Below are positions 1 through 10,254 of a stretch of 56,048 bases of DNA, piece after piece; the stretch's first letter is position 1, and every line of letters starts with the position of its first letter. The stretch covers positions 1-56,048 of the forward strand of contig CAYUVA010000030.1 in NCBI GenBank assembly GCA_964448115.1. The letters are read 5' to 3'. This DNA is from an uncultured bacterium. Lineage in GTDB: Bacteria > CAYUVA01. The position numbers and the translations under genes are program-made. The notes under the pieces are model-generated. The model made no database searches and was not told where the DNA came from. It saw only the letters and a program-made list of their open reading frames with translations.

Positions 1-1
1 T

Positions 2-58
2 GCATATCGACAAGTGGTTTCAGACTACGAGATCAAACGATACTTCCCGGTATTGTAG
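2..58 (+). CDS. 3' end of a gene entering the window, probably type I glutamine synthetase
   Basis: Frame 2 reads AYRQVVSDYEIKRYFPVL-stop (TAG 56-58), resembling the GS-I C-terminus (xYRxQVxxWExxRYLxxL). Only 18 codons are visible. Confidence 0.45.
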   Translation, partial: AYRQVVSDYEIKRYFPVL

Positions 59-76
59 GCGGAATATAGCGAGAAA

Positions 77-1438
77 TTATCTAGCATCTGGCTTTCGGTT
101 TGCAGGTTCGGCTACAAGGTCATATTCATCGCAGCCGACTATCTTGACCTCTACGAAACTGTCCGCCCAGCGCTGTATATCGCTCAAGATGGTTATCCCA
201 TCTGAGTCCAGATTTTGGCTCCATACCCGTCCAGTGAGCAGAAAAGGCTCATGCGGATCATATCCATCCACCTTGATCACCTCGGTCTTACCGACCATTT
301 TTTGGTTATAAGCATGCGATATCTCTGCTTGCAAGCTCATTATCTCGTCTCGTCTCCTAATTTTCTCCCTTAAGGGAACATCATCGCCCCAATTATAAGC
401 CTCGGTGTCTTCTTCCTGGCTGTAGGCGAAAACTCCCAGATGATTGAACCTTGTCTTCTCTGCAAACCTGAGCAGCTCGTCGAACTCGGATGCTGTCTCG
501 CCGGGAAAGCCGACAATGAAGGTAGTTCGTATTACAGCGTCATCAATGCGCTCCCTAATGGAGTCGAGCATGCGCTCAATATAATACCTGTCATATCTTC
601 GCCCCATCCGGGACAAAATTCGACCTGAGATATGCTGCAATGGTAGATCGAAATAGGGGAGAAGGCTAGCAGATCCAGCAACCATATCGAGAAGATCCGG
701 GCAAAAACTCAGTGGATGAATATACAGCAGGCGTATCCACCGGAAACGATCCAATCCGATGAGCGCTTCCAGGAGCCTTGTCAACGAAACATCTGCCTTA
801 AGGTCTCTCCCGTAAGCACCGCTGTCCTGGCTAATAATGATCAGCTCCTCAATGCCCATATTTGCCAGGTTCTGAGCCTCAATAAGCAAGGAATCGATGC
901 TGCGACTACGCAGGGGACCACGGATGCCTGGGATGGAGCAATAGGAGCAACGGTTGTCGCAGCCATCGCTAATGCGAAGATAAGCAGTTCCTTGGGGAGA
1001 TAACAGCGCCCGTGGAAATGTATGATCGAACTGATGCCATAAAGGCTTATTAATCGCCGATTTTCCTGCATCTTTTTTCTGCCTGATGATGGATACCAGC
1101 TCCCTCTGATCTGCAAGTCCGACTAGCGCATCTACCTCGGGAAGCTCTTGCTTAAGCTGCTCCTTATATCGCTGCACAAGACAGCCGGTTACGATCAGCT
1201 TCTTGAGCGAGCCGGTTTGCTTCAACTGCGCTGCCTCGATTATGCAATCGAGCGATTCCTCTTTAGCATCCTGGATGAATCCACATGTGTTTATCACGAT
1301 GATGTCAGCACTTTCGGGCTGGTCAGTTACCTGGAAATTCTTTTGCAGACCATACAGCATTACCTCGGAATCGACCTGGTTCTTGGCGCAGCCTAGGCTG
1401 ATCAGGCATACTTTCAGCGCGCTCATTATATCAGCCAA
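77..1438 (-). CDS. rimO: Ribosomal protein uS12 methylthiotransferase RimO
   Basis: SLGCAKNQVDSEVM, INTCGFI, VTGCLVQRY (UPF0004 domain); AYLRISDGCDNRCSYCSIP radical SAM motif; C-terminal TRAM-like region. ATG at 1426 is an alternative start. Confidence 0.93.
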   Translation of the reverse strand: MADIMSALKVCLISLGCAKNQVDSEVMLYGLQKNFQVTDQPESADIIVINTCGFIQDAKEESLDCIIEAAQLKQTGSLKKLIVTGCLVQRYKEQLKQELPEVDALVGLADQRELVSIIRQKKDAGKSAINKPLWHQFDHTFPRALLSPQGTAYLRISDGCDNRCSYCSIPGIRGPLRSRSIDSLLIEAQNLANMGIEELIIISQDSGAYGRDLKADVSLTRLLEALIGLDRFRWIRLLYIHPLSFCPDLLDMVAGSASLLPYFDLPLQHISGRILSRMGRRYDRYYIERMLDSIRERIDDAVIRTTFIVGFPGETASEFDELLRFAEKTRFNHLGVFAYSQEEDTEAYNWGDDVPLREKIRRRDEIMSLQAEISHAYNQKMVGKTEVIKVDGYDPHEPFLLTGRVWSQNLDSDGITILSDIQRWADSFVEVKIVGCDEYDLVAEPANRKPDAR

Positions 1439-1448
1439 CAGTGATAGG

Positions 1449-1505
1449 GTTGGCAGTTGGCAGCAGACGGATATTTAACCACCAAGACACAAAGGCACAA
1501 TAAAG
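1449..1505. repeat. Short intergenic tandem repeats
   Basis: GTTGGCA x2 at 1449-1462. On the minus strand 1477-1500 reads TTGTGCCTTTGTGTCTTGGTGGTT, with 8-nt periodicity related to the CTTTGCG arrays elsewhere. Confidence 0.5.
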
Positions 1506-1551
1506 AAGAGGATCACGCAAATATGCAGGAAAGCAATAGGGGGTTGCCGTA

Positions 1552-1776
1552 TTACATGACCGCTTCGACCTTGGTAACCTCGGGTATTTCCTCCTTGAGA
1601 GCCTGCTCCACGCCGTAGGTCAGCGTGTACATTGCGCCGGGGCATCCGTGGCAGGCGCCCTTGAGTCGCACCTTAACCAGTCCATCATCGGCGACATCGA
1701 CCAGCTCGATATCTCCACCATCCCTTTGCAGCATGGGACGAATCTTATCGATTACGGTTTGCACCTTTTCTCTCAT
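1552..1776 (-). CDS. NifU/NfuA C-terminal-domain Fe-S carrier protein
   Basis: IRPMLQRDGGDIELV and LKGACHGCP (CxxC) motifs; AAGGAG RBS upstream. Confidence 0.93.
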   Translation of the reverse strand: MREKVQTVIDKIRPMLQRDGGDIELVDVADDGLVKVRLKGACHGCPGAMYTLTYGVEQALKEEIPEVTKVEAVM

Positions 1777-1906
1777 CTTAAGTCAACTCCTTAAAGTTTC
1801 GGTTTTTCTTAACGCTATTTATAACACCCAATTGGATAGAATATTCCCCGCGCTTTTTCAAGGGGGATTATTCAGCCATCATCTTATCATTAGTGCGTTC
1901 CACTGT

Positions 1907-2741
1907 TTAAGAATAATATATATTCTTTTGCGACAACCTTTTCTCGAGCTCGATTCCATGTTGAACCAATGAATGCTCGTTGTTGTTGAATCTTACCCTA
2001 ACCAGCCAACCCTTTTCGTAAAAAGGTTCTACATATGAATATTCAAACTGGCAATGGCAGTTGGCGCAGACAACGACGATGTTCTTTGGATGATCAGCAA
2101 TCTTGGGATCGAGATGATGTGTCTCAAAGTAAGGTGTTCCATCCCTCTTAAAGAAGGTAAATCGGCATACCTGGCAATGTCCATTATATAGCTCACTTAA
2201 CAAAATTCTAAGGCTAGCTTGTACTGGTTCCTTTATCTTTGCACTAACGCCAGTGTATCTTTTTCTTTGTTCATAAGGTTTCCCTATTAGCCTTGCGTAT
2301 TCTCTCAAGATAATATCTTGTTTTGGAGAGTTTACTAGGTTCCCGATCTCATCCAGCTTATTGTTAGCAATTTGATCATCCATAGAATCATCGAAAGAAT
2401 CTTGGAGCTCCTTAGTCATTTTGATAAAATCATTCTCTGACATCAACCGATAGAGATTCGTCTTTTTATCAAGCACCTGTATTACAATCTCATCCCCTTC
2501 TNNNNNNNNNNGTGCTGCTTGATACGGAGGTGAATTTTTTAAACTCTGGATTTTTATCGTCATCGAGCAAAACCTTTATATCGCAGTTATCTTTTGGGAA
2601 CAATTCAATTAATCCTCTTGGTAGTGCGATTAATCCTTTGTCCAAGCGGCTTTTGGTGAGTTTTATAGTAGTATAGTCATAGTTAATAGTACTTTTTGTA
2701 ATGATAGGTTTAGAGTCTATGTTAATGTTCATTATTTTCAC
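1907..2741 (-). CDS. HNH endonuclease, most likely one gene spanning the 10-N assembly gap
   Basis: C-terminal CQVC...YFETHH...HPKNIVVVCANCH (Zn-HNH). ORFs 2490..2741 and 1907..2563 switch frame exactly at the Ns (2502-2511). AAGGTG RBS before ATG 2741. AT-rich. Confidence 0.8.
2502..2511. other. Assembly gap (10 N)
   Basis: Run of n characters in the sequence. Confidence 1.
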
Positions 2742-2777
2742 CTTTTGGGTTAAGATTTACTGCTATAATAAACAACA

Positions 2778-3005
2778 TTACCAATATTTGTAGTACTCTC
2801 CAATAATGTTATCTCTAAGAGCAGTATAAAACATCTGCATTGTCTTATCGTAAAGCCATTCATATAGTTTACAGCATTTGTCATACTCCTCTTGGGTAAA
2901 ACCGGGTTCCCCATCTTCTTTTAATTCCTCTTCTAACTCGTTTATGACTATGTTTAACATACCATAGCTTTTGTTGGGTTTGAGAACTAACTTTTTCTTT
3001 TTCAT
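2778..3005 (-). CDS. Small hypothetical protein (75 aa), low GC
   Basis: ATG preceded by GAAAGGA; fills the space between the radical SAM gene and the HNH gene in the same orientation. Confidence 0.6.
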   Translation of the reverse strand: MKKKKLVLKPNKSYGMLNIVINELEEELKEDGEPGFTQEEYDKCCKLYEWLYDKTMQMFYTALRDNIIGEYYKYW

Positions 3006-3044
3006 TTATTCATCCTTTCATTGTAATAGGTTGAAAGATTTTTC

Positions 3045-4496
3045 TCAAACCTTTCCTATCCGTTTTGCCCATTTTTTCATTCGATATGTAAATAATGATA
3101 ACACCAGCGTTATGGCGCTTTTTACCAGTATCCATAGCTTTGCCGGGGTGCTTATGGTCTTGAGCAGGTTCCATATAATGCGGGGACGAAAGTAAAACTC
3201 ACGAAATGCCTTGCTTTGATACTTCAAGATAAGCTCACGGGTCAAACCGTGCGGTATAAACAGCGGGTTCCAGTAGTTCATCACCCTCCAGTCATCGTTG
3301 AAATCACCATATTTATCTATATCGCGCAGCGCCTCGGTACCCGGTCCGGGAGTGAATGCCGATATATGAAAATCATCCAGGTCGATGCGCTTTATAAAAT
3401 CTATGGACTTACGCATGGTTTCGGTTGTCTCCAGCGGCATCCCGATCATAAGGTACCCCCTGGTGAATATCCCCGCCTCCTTTGTCCATCGAAGCGCTTG
3501 CTCCACCTGCTCAAGCGTAATACCCTTCTTTATAACATCGAGTATCCTCTGGTCGCCACTTTCGATGCCGTAGGCTATCTGCCAGCAGCCAGCGCGTTTC
3601 ATCAGCCTGAGCGTCTCTGCATCAACGATATCGACCCTTGAGGTTGCTGACCAGACCAGGTCGAGCTTCTCCTTGATTAAAACTTCGCAGACCTCGCGCA
3701 GGCGCCTTTTGTAGGTAACGAAGTTGTCATCGTGGAAGATTATATCCCTGATGCCGTACCTGTAATACAAGATTCGTATCATCTCCAGTAGGTACTCTGC
3801 GCTGTAGGCTCGCATCACATTGCCGAATACTCCGCCGGAGCAGAAGGTGCACTTGCCGGGACAGCCGCGGCTGGTGATAAGCGAGCTTGCCGGGAGGCGC
3901 TTGAAGGAGTTGGCAGCCGGGCGATAGTACCTGGTCAGCCAGGGCAGCAGATCCCAGGAGGGCATTGGAAGATCATCCAGATTATTTAGGCGCCGGCGGG
4001 GGGCGGTCTTGATGATTCGACCATCCTGGCGGTACATCACCCCCGGAACATCGAACGGCCGGCTCTTATCGCTCAGATGATACAGCAGCTCGACAGTGGT
4101 GATATCCCCTTCGCCGCAGACGCCGTAATCGAAGGCATCGAAGCGCTCCATTGTATCCAGGGCGGCATTGCTGACATGGACTCCGCCGATGATGGTCGGG
4201 ATACCGAGCGCCTCCTTGACCATCCCAGCCATCCTGGCAGCATTGTGAATGCTTATGGTCGTGGAGGTGAAGCCAACTGCATCCGGTTCAAGCTCCTTAA
4301 GCGCTGAGAGCGTTCCCTCGTAGCCTAAATGCAGCACCTCGGCGTCGATGATGCTGACCTGGAAGCCGTGTTTGCGGCAGTCCGAGGCGAGCTGAGCGAT
4401 ATTGAGCGGAGGTAGATGGCTCCCCCCGCTGCTTAGGTAGCCATACCTTTCCGCCATAGTTATCGGAGGATTTACCAGGCAAAAGTGATATCTCAC
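3045..4496 (-). CDS. Cobalamin-binding radical SAM protein (class B methyltransferase-like)
   Basis: N-terminal B12-binding domain (PPLNIAQLAS, IIGGVHVS, GEGD); TSRGCPGKCTFC; DDNF; GIESG. Confidence 0.92.
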   Translation of the reverse strand: MRYHFCLVNPPITMAERYGYLSSGGSHLPPLNIAQLASDCRKHGFQVSIIDAEVLHLGYEGTLSALKELEPDAVGFTSTTISIHNAARMAGMVKEALGIPTIIGGVHVSNAALDTMERFDAFDYGVCGEGDITTVELLYHLSDKSRPFDVPGVMYRQDGRIIKTAPRRRLNNLDDLPMPSWDLLPWLTRYYRPAANSFKRLPASSLITSRGCPGKCTFCSGGVFGNVMRAYSAEYLLEMIRILYYRYGIRDIIFHDDNFVTYKRRLREVCEVLIKEKLDLVWSATSRVDIVDAETLRLMKRAGCWQIAYGIESGDQRILDVIKKGITLEQVEQALRWTKEAGIFTRGYLMIGMPLETTETMRKSIDFIKRIDLDDFHISAFTPGPGTEALRDIDKYGDFNDDWRVMNYWNPLFIPHGLTRELILKYQSKAFREFYFRPRIIWNLLKTISTPAKLWILVKSAITLVLSLFTYRMKKWAKRIGKV

Positions 4497-4514
4497 TGAT
4501 TGATCGGCTCTAAT

Positions 4515-5147
4515 TTATCTTGCACCAAAGGCGATGGTCATAGTCCCGCCGAATATCAGGGCATTCCCATTCATATCTTTCATGACCGGAGAGTCCTCTA
4601 GCGTTTCCTCATCCCAGGCATTATAATGATACTTACAGAACAACCCAATTAGAAAGTTCGGGGTTATATGCCCGTCAATCCCCAAGCCGGTATATAGGGT
4701 GAATGCGCCCAGACCATCAGTCTCGTCGTAATAGTAGTAATCATAAGGAAAAGAATGACGCCAGGAATCGTAGCGCCAGGTCAGCAGGCTGAATCCCATA
4801 CCGCCGCTAAGATACAGATGCAGCGGTCTATCCGGTGGCGTGAGAGCCAGTCTAATCCCGCCCAAGAAACTGGTGTATCCAGCGGACTCGATGTAATTAC
4901 GTTCCGGGCTGACGCCCAATAGGTCGAGATGCCCCTCCAAGGCTATGACCGGGCTCATCCAGTATCCGACGGTGAAGCCGATGCCACCGCCTAAATCTGC
5001 GATCTCTTGCCCCACATCGCCGCCGATGCCCATGAACTGGAGGCGACCGCTCAGATAAAAGGGGCTTCCAGCATCATCGCCATAAGCCAAAGGTGAAAAC
5101 ATCAACATTATCACGAGAAAAGTCCCCACTATCATCCCTTTTTTCAT
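4515..5147 (-). CDS. Outer-membrane beta-barrel protein (OmpA/OmpW-like, ~8 strands)
   Basis: Signal peptide MKKGMIVGTFLVIMLMFSPLAYG after an AAGGAG RBS (start moved to 5147); alternating Gly/aromatic beta strands; near-terminal Phe. Confidence 0.75.
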   Translation of the reverse strand: MKKGMIVGTFLVIMLMFSPLAYGDDAGSPFYLSGRLQFMGIGGDVGQEIADLGGGIGFTVGYWMSPVIALEGHLDLLGVSPERNYIESAGYTSFLGGIRLALTPPDRPLHLYLSGGMGFSLLTWRYDSWRHSFPYDYYYYDETDGLGAFTLYTGLGIDGHITPNFLIGLFCKYHYNAWDEETLEDSPVMKDMNGNALIFGGTMTIAFGAR

Positions 5148-5255
5148 AATCATTCTCCTTCTAGCATTCTTTGATCGATCATAATCATGTTTCCGACAGG
5201 GGATATTATATTGGATTATGGTCAGCTTAACAAGCTGTGCCAATAGAAGCGCTAC

Positions 5256-7901
5256 CTATTCACCTACCAGCAGCCTAAGCGAGTCGGAAGTATTGCCGGA
5301 CACATCGTAAGCCCTGTAGTCAAGCTCCATCCGCTGCGGGGGGATGCCAGCGCCTACCTGAGCCATGAATGAATAAAGATTGTCCCCGGCGACCCAGTCC
5401 AAGGCTCCACCATCATCGCTAAGATATAGACCGGTGCCTAATCCCTGCCACATCATCTCTATACGATCCAGGTCCTCATCCAGGCAATAGACCAAAATGG
5501 TCAAGAAGCCGCCAGACCTGGTGGTTATATAAGTATCAGCATAACCTACAAGCATCACCTGGGGCGGCGAGTAATCGACACTTACGATGACAGGCTCGCT
5601 AGGTGCCGATGTATATTTGAACTTGTCAATTGCCCGCGCGGTCAAGGTGTATCTCCCATCAGCCGGTATCTCCCAATGATAAAACCAGTCCTTTGTCCCC
5701 CCCGCATTGTTCCAGGTCTGCGAGTTATCCCAACTGACCTGAACCAGCTCGACTCCAATACCGGCATCGAGTGCTCGTCCAGAGATGGTGATCTCGCTTT
5801 CGTTTATGGTAATGCCGCTGACTGGCTCGGTGATATAGACTGTAGGTGGCGAACTATCCTGGGTCGAGGATTCCGTGTTTGACCAGCCGCTCTCGTATCC
5901 TTCATCGCTCTTGGCTTTGACCTTGTAATCATATCTTACCCCATCCTTGAGCGAGTAAAAGGTGAAGTTCAGGTTTGGTATCCACCCGGAGTTCTGCACT
6001 TCCTTTAGTACATTCGATTTCGCTTCAGCCCAGTATAATGCTGCACCGCTATCGCTCTCATCGCTCCAGTAGATTGAATTGCTGTAACCACTTGTGTATG
6101 GAGGTTCTGCTTGAAGTTGCGGTGGATTGGGAACAACCGGGGTAACCGTGGGCGTGGAGCTAGGTGGCGGGGTTGGGCTTACGGTCGGCGTATCAGTGCT
6201 GGTCGGTGTTTGCGTTCTGGTCGGCGTGTCGGTCGGTGTCGGGGTAGGTGGACTCAGATCCACATAGCAGGATGCCTCGGACTCGCTCTTTCCCGGCTCC
6301 TCGTTACCTACCCAGTCGGTTCCCAGGGTATAGAAGTCATAGACCCCGCTCCCCGGTGCCAAAAACAGGATCGGGCTGGTCGAGAAATAGCCGTAATAGC
6401 TTATCCAATTCGAGTAATTGCGCTTGAACTTCAAGGTTACATGCCTCAAGCCGCTGGTCGCATCGCTTCCTTCATAAGGAACATACACCTGCTGTGTTGT
6501 CCAGTTTTCATTCAGGTCGCTGCTAGCGCGGGTAACCGGCGGGGAAGCATCCATGATCGTATATGTGCTGTCCGACCAGCCAGACTCGGCGCCAGTGATA
6601 TTTCTTGCCTTGACCCTGAAGAAGTGCGGTGCTCCATCGTATAAGTTCTCGAACAGATAGCTTTGCACCGTGATCCAACCACTGTTTGCGTAGATGCTTC
6701 CAAAATCCTCTGAAAGCGAGCATTCCGCATAGTAATGGGTAGCCCCGGAATGCCACTCATCTGTCCAGGCTACCGAGGTGAAGTCGCCGCGAGAGTACTG
6801 GGGTAGATTGCCTATCTGTGGGATATTAGGAGGGGATGGGGTGGCAGTGGGAGTCGAGGACCAGGTCGGAGAGTTGGTGCAGGTAGGGGTCGCTGTGGGC
6901 GTGTAGGTCGGATCGCTGACCTCGATCTTCAGCATATCTATTAGTAACAACCTGCAATTGTCATTATCCTCATCCTCAGTGTAATCACGCATACCGATGG
7001 CGAACCAGTCATCGGTAAGCCGAGCTTGAAGGTCAGATCTTGCAGTTGAGCCGAGATCCCTGAAGCCGCTGGCACTGGGATAATACCCCGGATTGCCCAT
7101 GTACCAGTTGGTGATATAAGCGTTGCCGTTGCCACAATCATTAAAAAGATCGCGCGGCGGACCGCTGGTGTAATCGACCATTATATCGCTGCCGGTCTGG
7201 CTGGGGCGATAAGACATGTGCATAAGGTTCAGGTTTGTATAGTAAGCGCTCACATCGCTCGGCGGTGGCTCGCTGGCAACCTGCATCCTCACCCCGAAGT
7301 AGGTGATATCGGTGTAATCGGGCAGAACGCCGATATTGAACTCGCAGAAGCCGCGCATGTAGTTGTCGTTTTCACTAAATAAACCGCTTTTATAAGCTCC
7401 GCTATAGCCCCAATAATCCGGTCCATACTTCGAGTAGGTGGTGCTGCCGATCCAGGGATCCCACTTATAACACAAGCCGTGATAGTTAGGGACTATATAG
7501 GTCGGCATGCCAAGCAGCGACTCAAGCGGATTGCCGTATAGATGTATCTGCAATAGATCAAGAGGGCTGGTAAACACACTTAGGGGTATCATCGGATTAG
7601 TCAGGTAATCGAGCAATGTATGGTCGATCTCTATCCAATTGCCATTCGGCGCCTTGTAATGCAAAGGGTGAGTGGCGATATAATAGACTCGCCTGCCATT
7701 GGGCATAAGATATGCCTTGGAGAACATGCTGCGCCGGGAGATGATCTCCTGGTGATCCTTGAGATTACGGAAAAAGGCGCGGTTGTTTTGGAGAGGATTA
7801 TTGTCCACCCCATGGAGGTAGGAGTCTGCCAGACCGAACCAAGATAGCAGTATTAAAAAGGCTCCCAGCGAGGCTCGAATGATGATTGACCCTTTATCCA
7901 T
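5256..7901 (-). CDS. Large secreted multidomain surface protein (two FN3-like repeats, Ig-like domains, two Pro/Thr linkers, C-terminal LxDDG module)
   Basis: Signal peptide; internal repeat W.DE..SGA..Y.AE...NSGWI...F..L.DG......VKA....G.ESGWS...D.SPP x2; PTYTPTATPT and PTPTPTDTPT linkers; C-terminal LSDDGGALDWVAGDNLY. Confidence 0.85.
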   Translation of the reverse strand: MDKGSIIIRASLGAFLILLSWFGLADSYLHGVDNNPLQNNRAFFRNLKDHQEIISRRSMFSKAYLMPNGRRVYYIATHPLHYKAPNGNWIEIDHTLLDYLTNPMIPLSVFTSPLDLLQIHLYGNPLESLLGMPTYIVPNYHGLCYKWDPWIGSTTYSKYGPDYWGYSGAYKSGLFSENDNYMRGFCEFNIGVLPDYTDITYFGVRMQVASEPPPSDVSAYYTNLNLMHMSYRPSQTGSDIMVDYTSGPPRDLFNDCGNGNAYITNWYMGNPGYYPSASGFRDLGSTARSDLQARLTDDWFAIGMRDYTEDEDNDNCRLLLIDMLKIEVSDPTYTPTATPTCTNSPTWSSTPTATPSPPNIPQIGNLPQYSRGDFTSVAWTDEWHSGATHYYAECSLSEDFGSIYANSGWITVQSYLFENLYDGAPHFFRVKARNITGAESGWSDSTYTIMDASPPVTRASSDLNENWTTQQVYVPYEGSDATSGLRHVTLKFKRNYSNWISYYGYFSTSPILFLAPGSGVYDFYTLGTDWVGNEEPGKSESEASCYVDLSPPTPTPTDTPTRTQTPTSTDTPTVSPTPPPSSTPTVTPVVPNPPQLQAEPPYTSGYSNSIYWSDESDSGAALYWAEAKSNVLKEVQNSGWIPNLNFTFYSLKDGVRYDYKVKAKSDEGYESGWSNTESSTQDSSPPTVYITEPVSGITINESEITISGRALDAGIGVELVQVSWDNSQTWNNAGGTKDWFYHWEIPADGRYTLTARAIDKFKYTSAPSEPVIVSVDYSPPQVMLVGYADTYITTRSGGFLTILVYCLDEDLDRIEMMWQGLGTGLYLSDDGGALDWVAGDNLYSFMAQVGAGIPPQRMELDYRAYDVSGNTSDSLRLLVGE

Positions 7902-8133
7902 CGGAATTTCAGAAATGTTCTCTGGTTACTCATATTTATTGTTATCCAACAGGCACGCTTTGTCAATTGATTTCACTGCTGGTCTGCGAAACCTTTACTT
8001 TTTGAACTGATCCAGCTTGATGAAAATCTTTAATGTAATAAAGTTACTCGGCAGTGATGATTTTGATCAGTACGGAAAATGAACGAGCCAAAAACAATAA
8101 CCAGGGACCAAAGCCTAACATCACAAGCCTAAT

Positions 8134-9624
8134 ATGAAGATCCTGCTGATAAGACCACCTTATTCCAGGCTGCGGGGCAGCGGGCATACTGCATATTTTC
8201 CCCTCGGTCTAGGCTACCTGGCAGCGGTTACCAGGGATATAGCAGAGGTCGCCATCTATAATGCAGACAATCCCAAGCCATCAGATCCGCCGATCTCCTA
8301 CAGCAAGGCATCGGTCTTCTACACACGCAGCAAGGCATTTCATGCATACCTAGAGGCGCTGGATGATCCCAGCCACCCAGTCTGGGCTGATACCAAGCAG
8401 GTGATATACGATTTCAAGCCTGATCTGGTGGGGATCTCGGTGCTATCGGCTGAGGTCGGTTCTGCCTTGGCGGTCAGCGAGCTGGTAAAGCGCATCGACA
8501 GCGAGATTACAGTGGTTTGGGGTGGGGTGCATCCCAGCTTCGTGATCGAGCAATCGATCGCTAGCCCGGCGGTCGATTATTTAATTCTATACGAGGCTGA
8601 GCTTAGCTTTCGAGAACTTATTGTTCAGCTTGGTAGTGCAAATCCCGATTTAACCCGTGTCCCTGGCTTGGTTTATCGCAGGGGCGATTCTATCGAGGTC
8701 AATCAACCAGCGCCGCTCATTGGAGATCTCGACTCTTTACCATTTCCGGCAAAGGACCTGGCTCTGTTTCCAAAGCAATACCATCCGCTCTCATGGGGCA
8801 GTATTATCGGTGCGCGGGGATGCCCCTACAAGTGCGCATTTTGCAGCTCAAGGGATTTTTGGCAGAATCGGACGCGCTATCGAAGCCCAAATTCCATAGT
8901 TGAAGAGATCAAGCATATAATAGCCAAATACAAGGTGCGCTATTTCTCATTCTGGGATGATTCCTTTTCCCTGAAGAGATCTTGGACACTGGAGCTTTGC
9001 AAAGCGATCGTGGAGCATGGTTTGAACATATACTGGCGCACTGCCACCCGGGTGGATCTCATCGATGATGAGATGCTTCGATATATGAAGAAAGCTGGAT
9101 GCGTTCAATTGGAGCTAGGCGTTGAATCCGGCAGCCCACGGATCTCACAAATGATAGATAAACAGATCGACCTTGCAAAGATAAAACCCGCCGTGTCCGC
9201 AATCAGAAACGCTGGCATCGCCTGTGGAGCTTTCTTCATGGCTGGATTCCCTAAAGAGACCGAGCAAGATATAGCGCAAACATTTCAACTAATGCAGCAA
9301 ATATCGGCTGATGAGCTTGTGCTTAACATCTTCGATCCCATGCCCGGAGCGCCTCTTTTTAAGCAGGCAGTAGAACTGGGATTGATAGAGCAATCCCCTG
9401 ATTGGTCTCGATTCCCCTACTGGCCTGATGCTCACTATGTGAAAGATATAGAAGCCCAACAATTCAACGAGATTGTCGAGCGCATAGCCTCCTTCGTGTT
9501 CAGGTACAATAACTCACCCCAGGTATTATACCGGCGCCTAAAGCCCAAATTCTTAGCTGCTATAAAGACTGACCCTATCTCTTTAATAAAACGTGCTTAT
9601 TCAATGGTAAAGCTAAAGAAATAA
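8134..9624 (+). CDS. Cobalamin-binding radical SAM protein
   Basis: MKILLIRPP, PLGLGYLAA, VWGGVHPS, ARGCPYKCAFC, DDSF, GVESGS. Confidence 0.92.
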   Translation: MKILLIRPPYSRLRGSGHTAYFPLGLGYLAAVTRDIAEVAIYNADNPKPSDPPISYSKASVFYTRSKAFHAYLEALDDPSHPVWADTKQVIYDFKPDLVGISVLSAEVGSALAVSELVKRIDSEITVVWGGVHPSFVIEQSIASPAVDYLILYEAELSFRELIVQLGSANPDLTRVPGLVYRRGDSIEVNQPAPLIGDLDSLPFPAKDLALFPKQYHPLSWGSIIGARGCPYKCAFCSSRDFWQNRTRYRSPNSIVEEIKHIIAKYKVRYFSFWDDSFSLKRSWTLELCKAIVEHGLNIYWRTATRVDLIDDEMLRYMKKAGCVQLELGVESGSPRISQMIDKQIDLAKIKPAVSAIRNAGIACGAFFMAGFPKETEQDIAQTFQLMQQISADELVLNIFDPMPGAPLFKQAVELGLIEQSPDWSRFPYWPDAHYVKDIEAQQFNEIVERIASFVFRYNNSPQVLYRRLKPKFLAAIKTDPISLIKRAYSMVKLKK

Positions 9625-9673
9625 TTTACTTTATGCCAACTTGTCAGCTAAAGCGATAGATAAATGCTTTTCC

Positions 9674-10228
9674 TTACATTCTATGTGCGAACCAGGAGCC
9701 ACCTTGTGCATTATCGAGCCTGGTCCACTGACCTTGCAGATCCTCGTTGATCAACAGCGCCTGGAACTCGAAGCGCACGCCGGTAACCGAGGTGGCGTTG
9801 AATACCAGCTCATCATCAACAAAGGTCCCTATCTCCAACGGAGCATCCAGGAAGTATCCGTCGCTGGTGTTAATGGTTCCGGTAACCTGGGCGCCCATCT
9901 GTTCCAGATCCAAAACAATGGTAGGATCTTCAGATGCACCGGTGCCATAAACCAGCCCCTCCCATCTGCCGGTTAGCCCAGCCGGTGGGGTAGGCGTCGG
10001 CGTCTTATCGCCCCAGTCGCTGGGGGTTGGAGTTGCTGTGGCATTAGGATCCGGGGTGCCGGTTTCTTGGGGGGTCTCGGTCGCCTCCGGGGTAGGGGTG
10101 AAGGTGTTTCCCGGTTCTATGATGTTCTCATCGTCCTCTTCACAGGCAGTGAAAAGCACCAGGGATATGGCTGCGATTATTATTATCCCGAAAAGTATTG
10201 CTATCCTAGCTGGTACCATTTTATCCAT
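9674..10228 (-). CDS. Lipoprotein with Pro/Thr linker and lipocalin/streptavidin-like beta-barrel
   Basis: Hydrophobic leader ending in lipobox FTAC; TPTPEATETP linker; LTGRW motif followed by beta strands; GAGGAG RBS. Confidence 0.8.
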   Translation of the reverse strand: MDKMVPARIAILFGIIIIAAISLVLFTACEEDDENIIEPGNTFTPTPEATETPQETGTPDPNATATPTPSDWGDKTPTPTPPAGLTGRWEGLVYGTGASEDPTIVLDLEQMGAQVTGTINTSDGYFLDAPLEIGTFVDDELVFNATSVTGVRFEFQALLINEDLQGQWTRLDNAQGGSWFAHRM

Positions 10229-10254
10229 TCTCCTCGTCGAATGTTACCTAATCA

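Noticed and set aside
2490-2563. Apparent frameshift in the HNH gene
   Set aside because: The frame change coincides with the 10-N placeholder gap, so it is an assembly artefact.
6140-6255. GTCGGT/GTCGGC nucleotide repeats
   Set aside because: Explained by Pro-Thr codons of the protein linker; not an independent DNA element.
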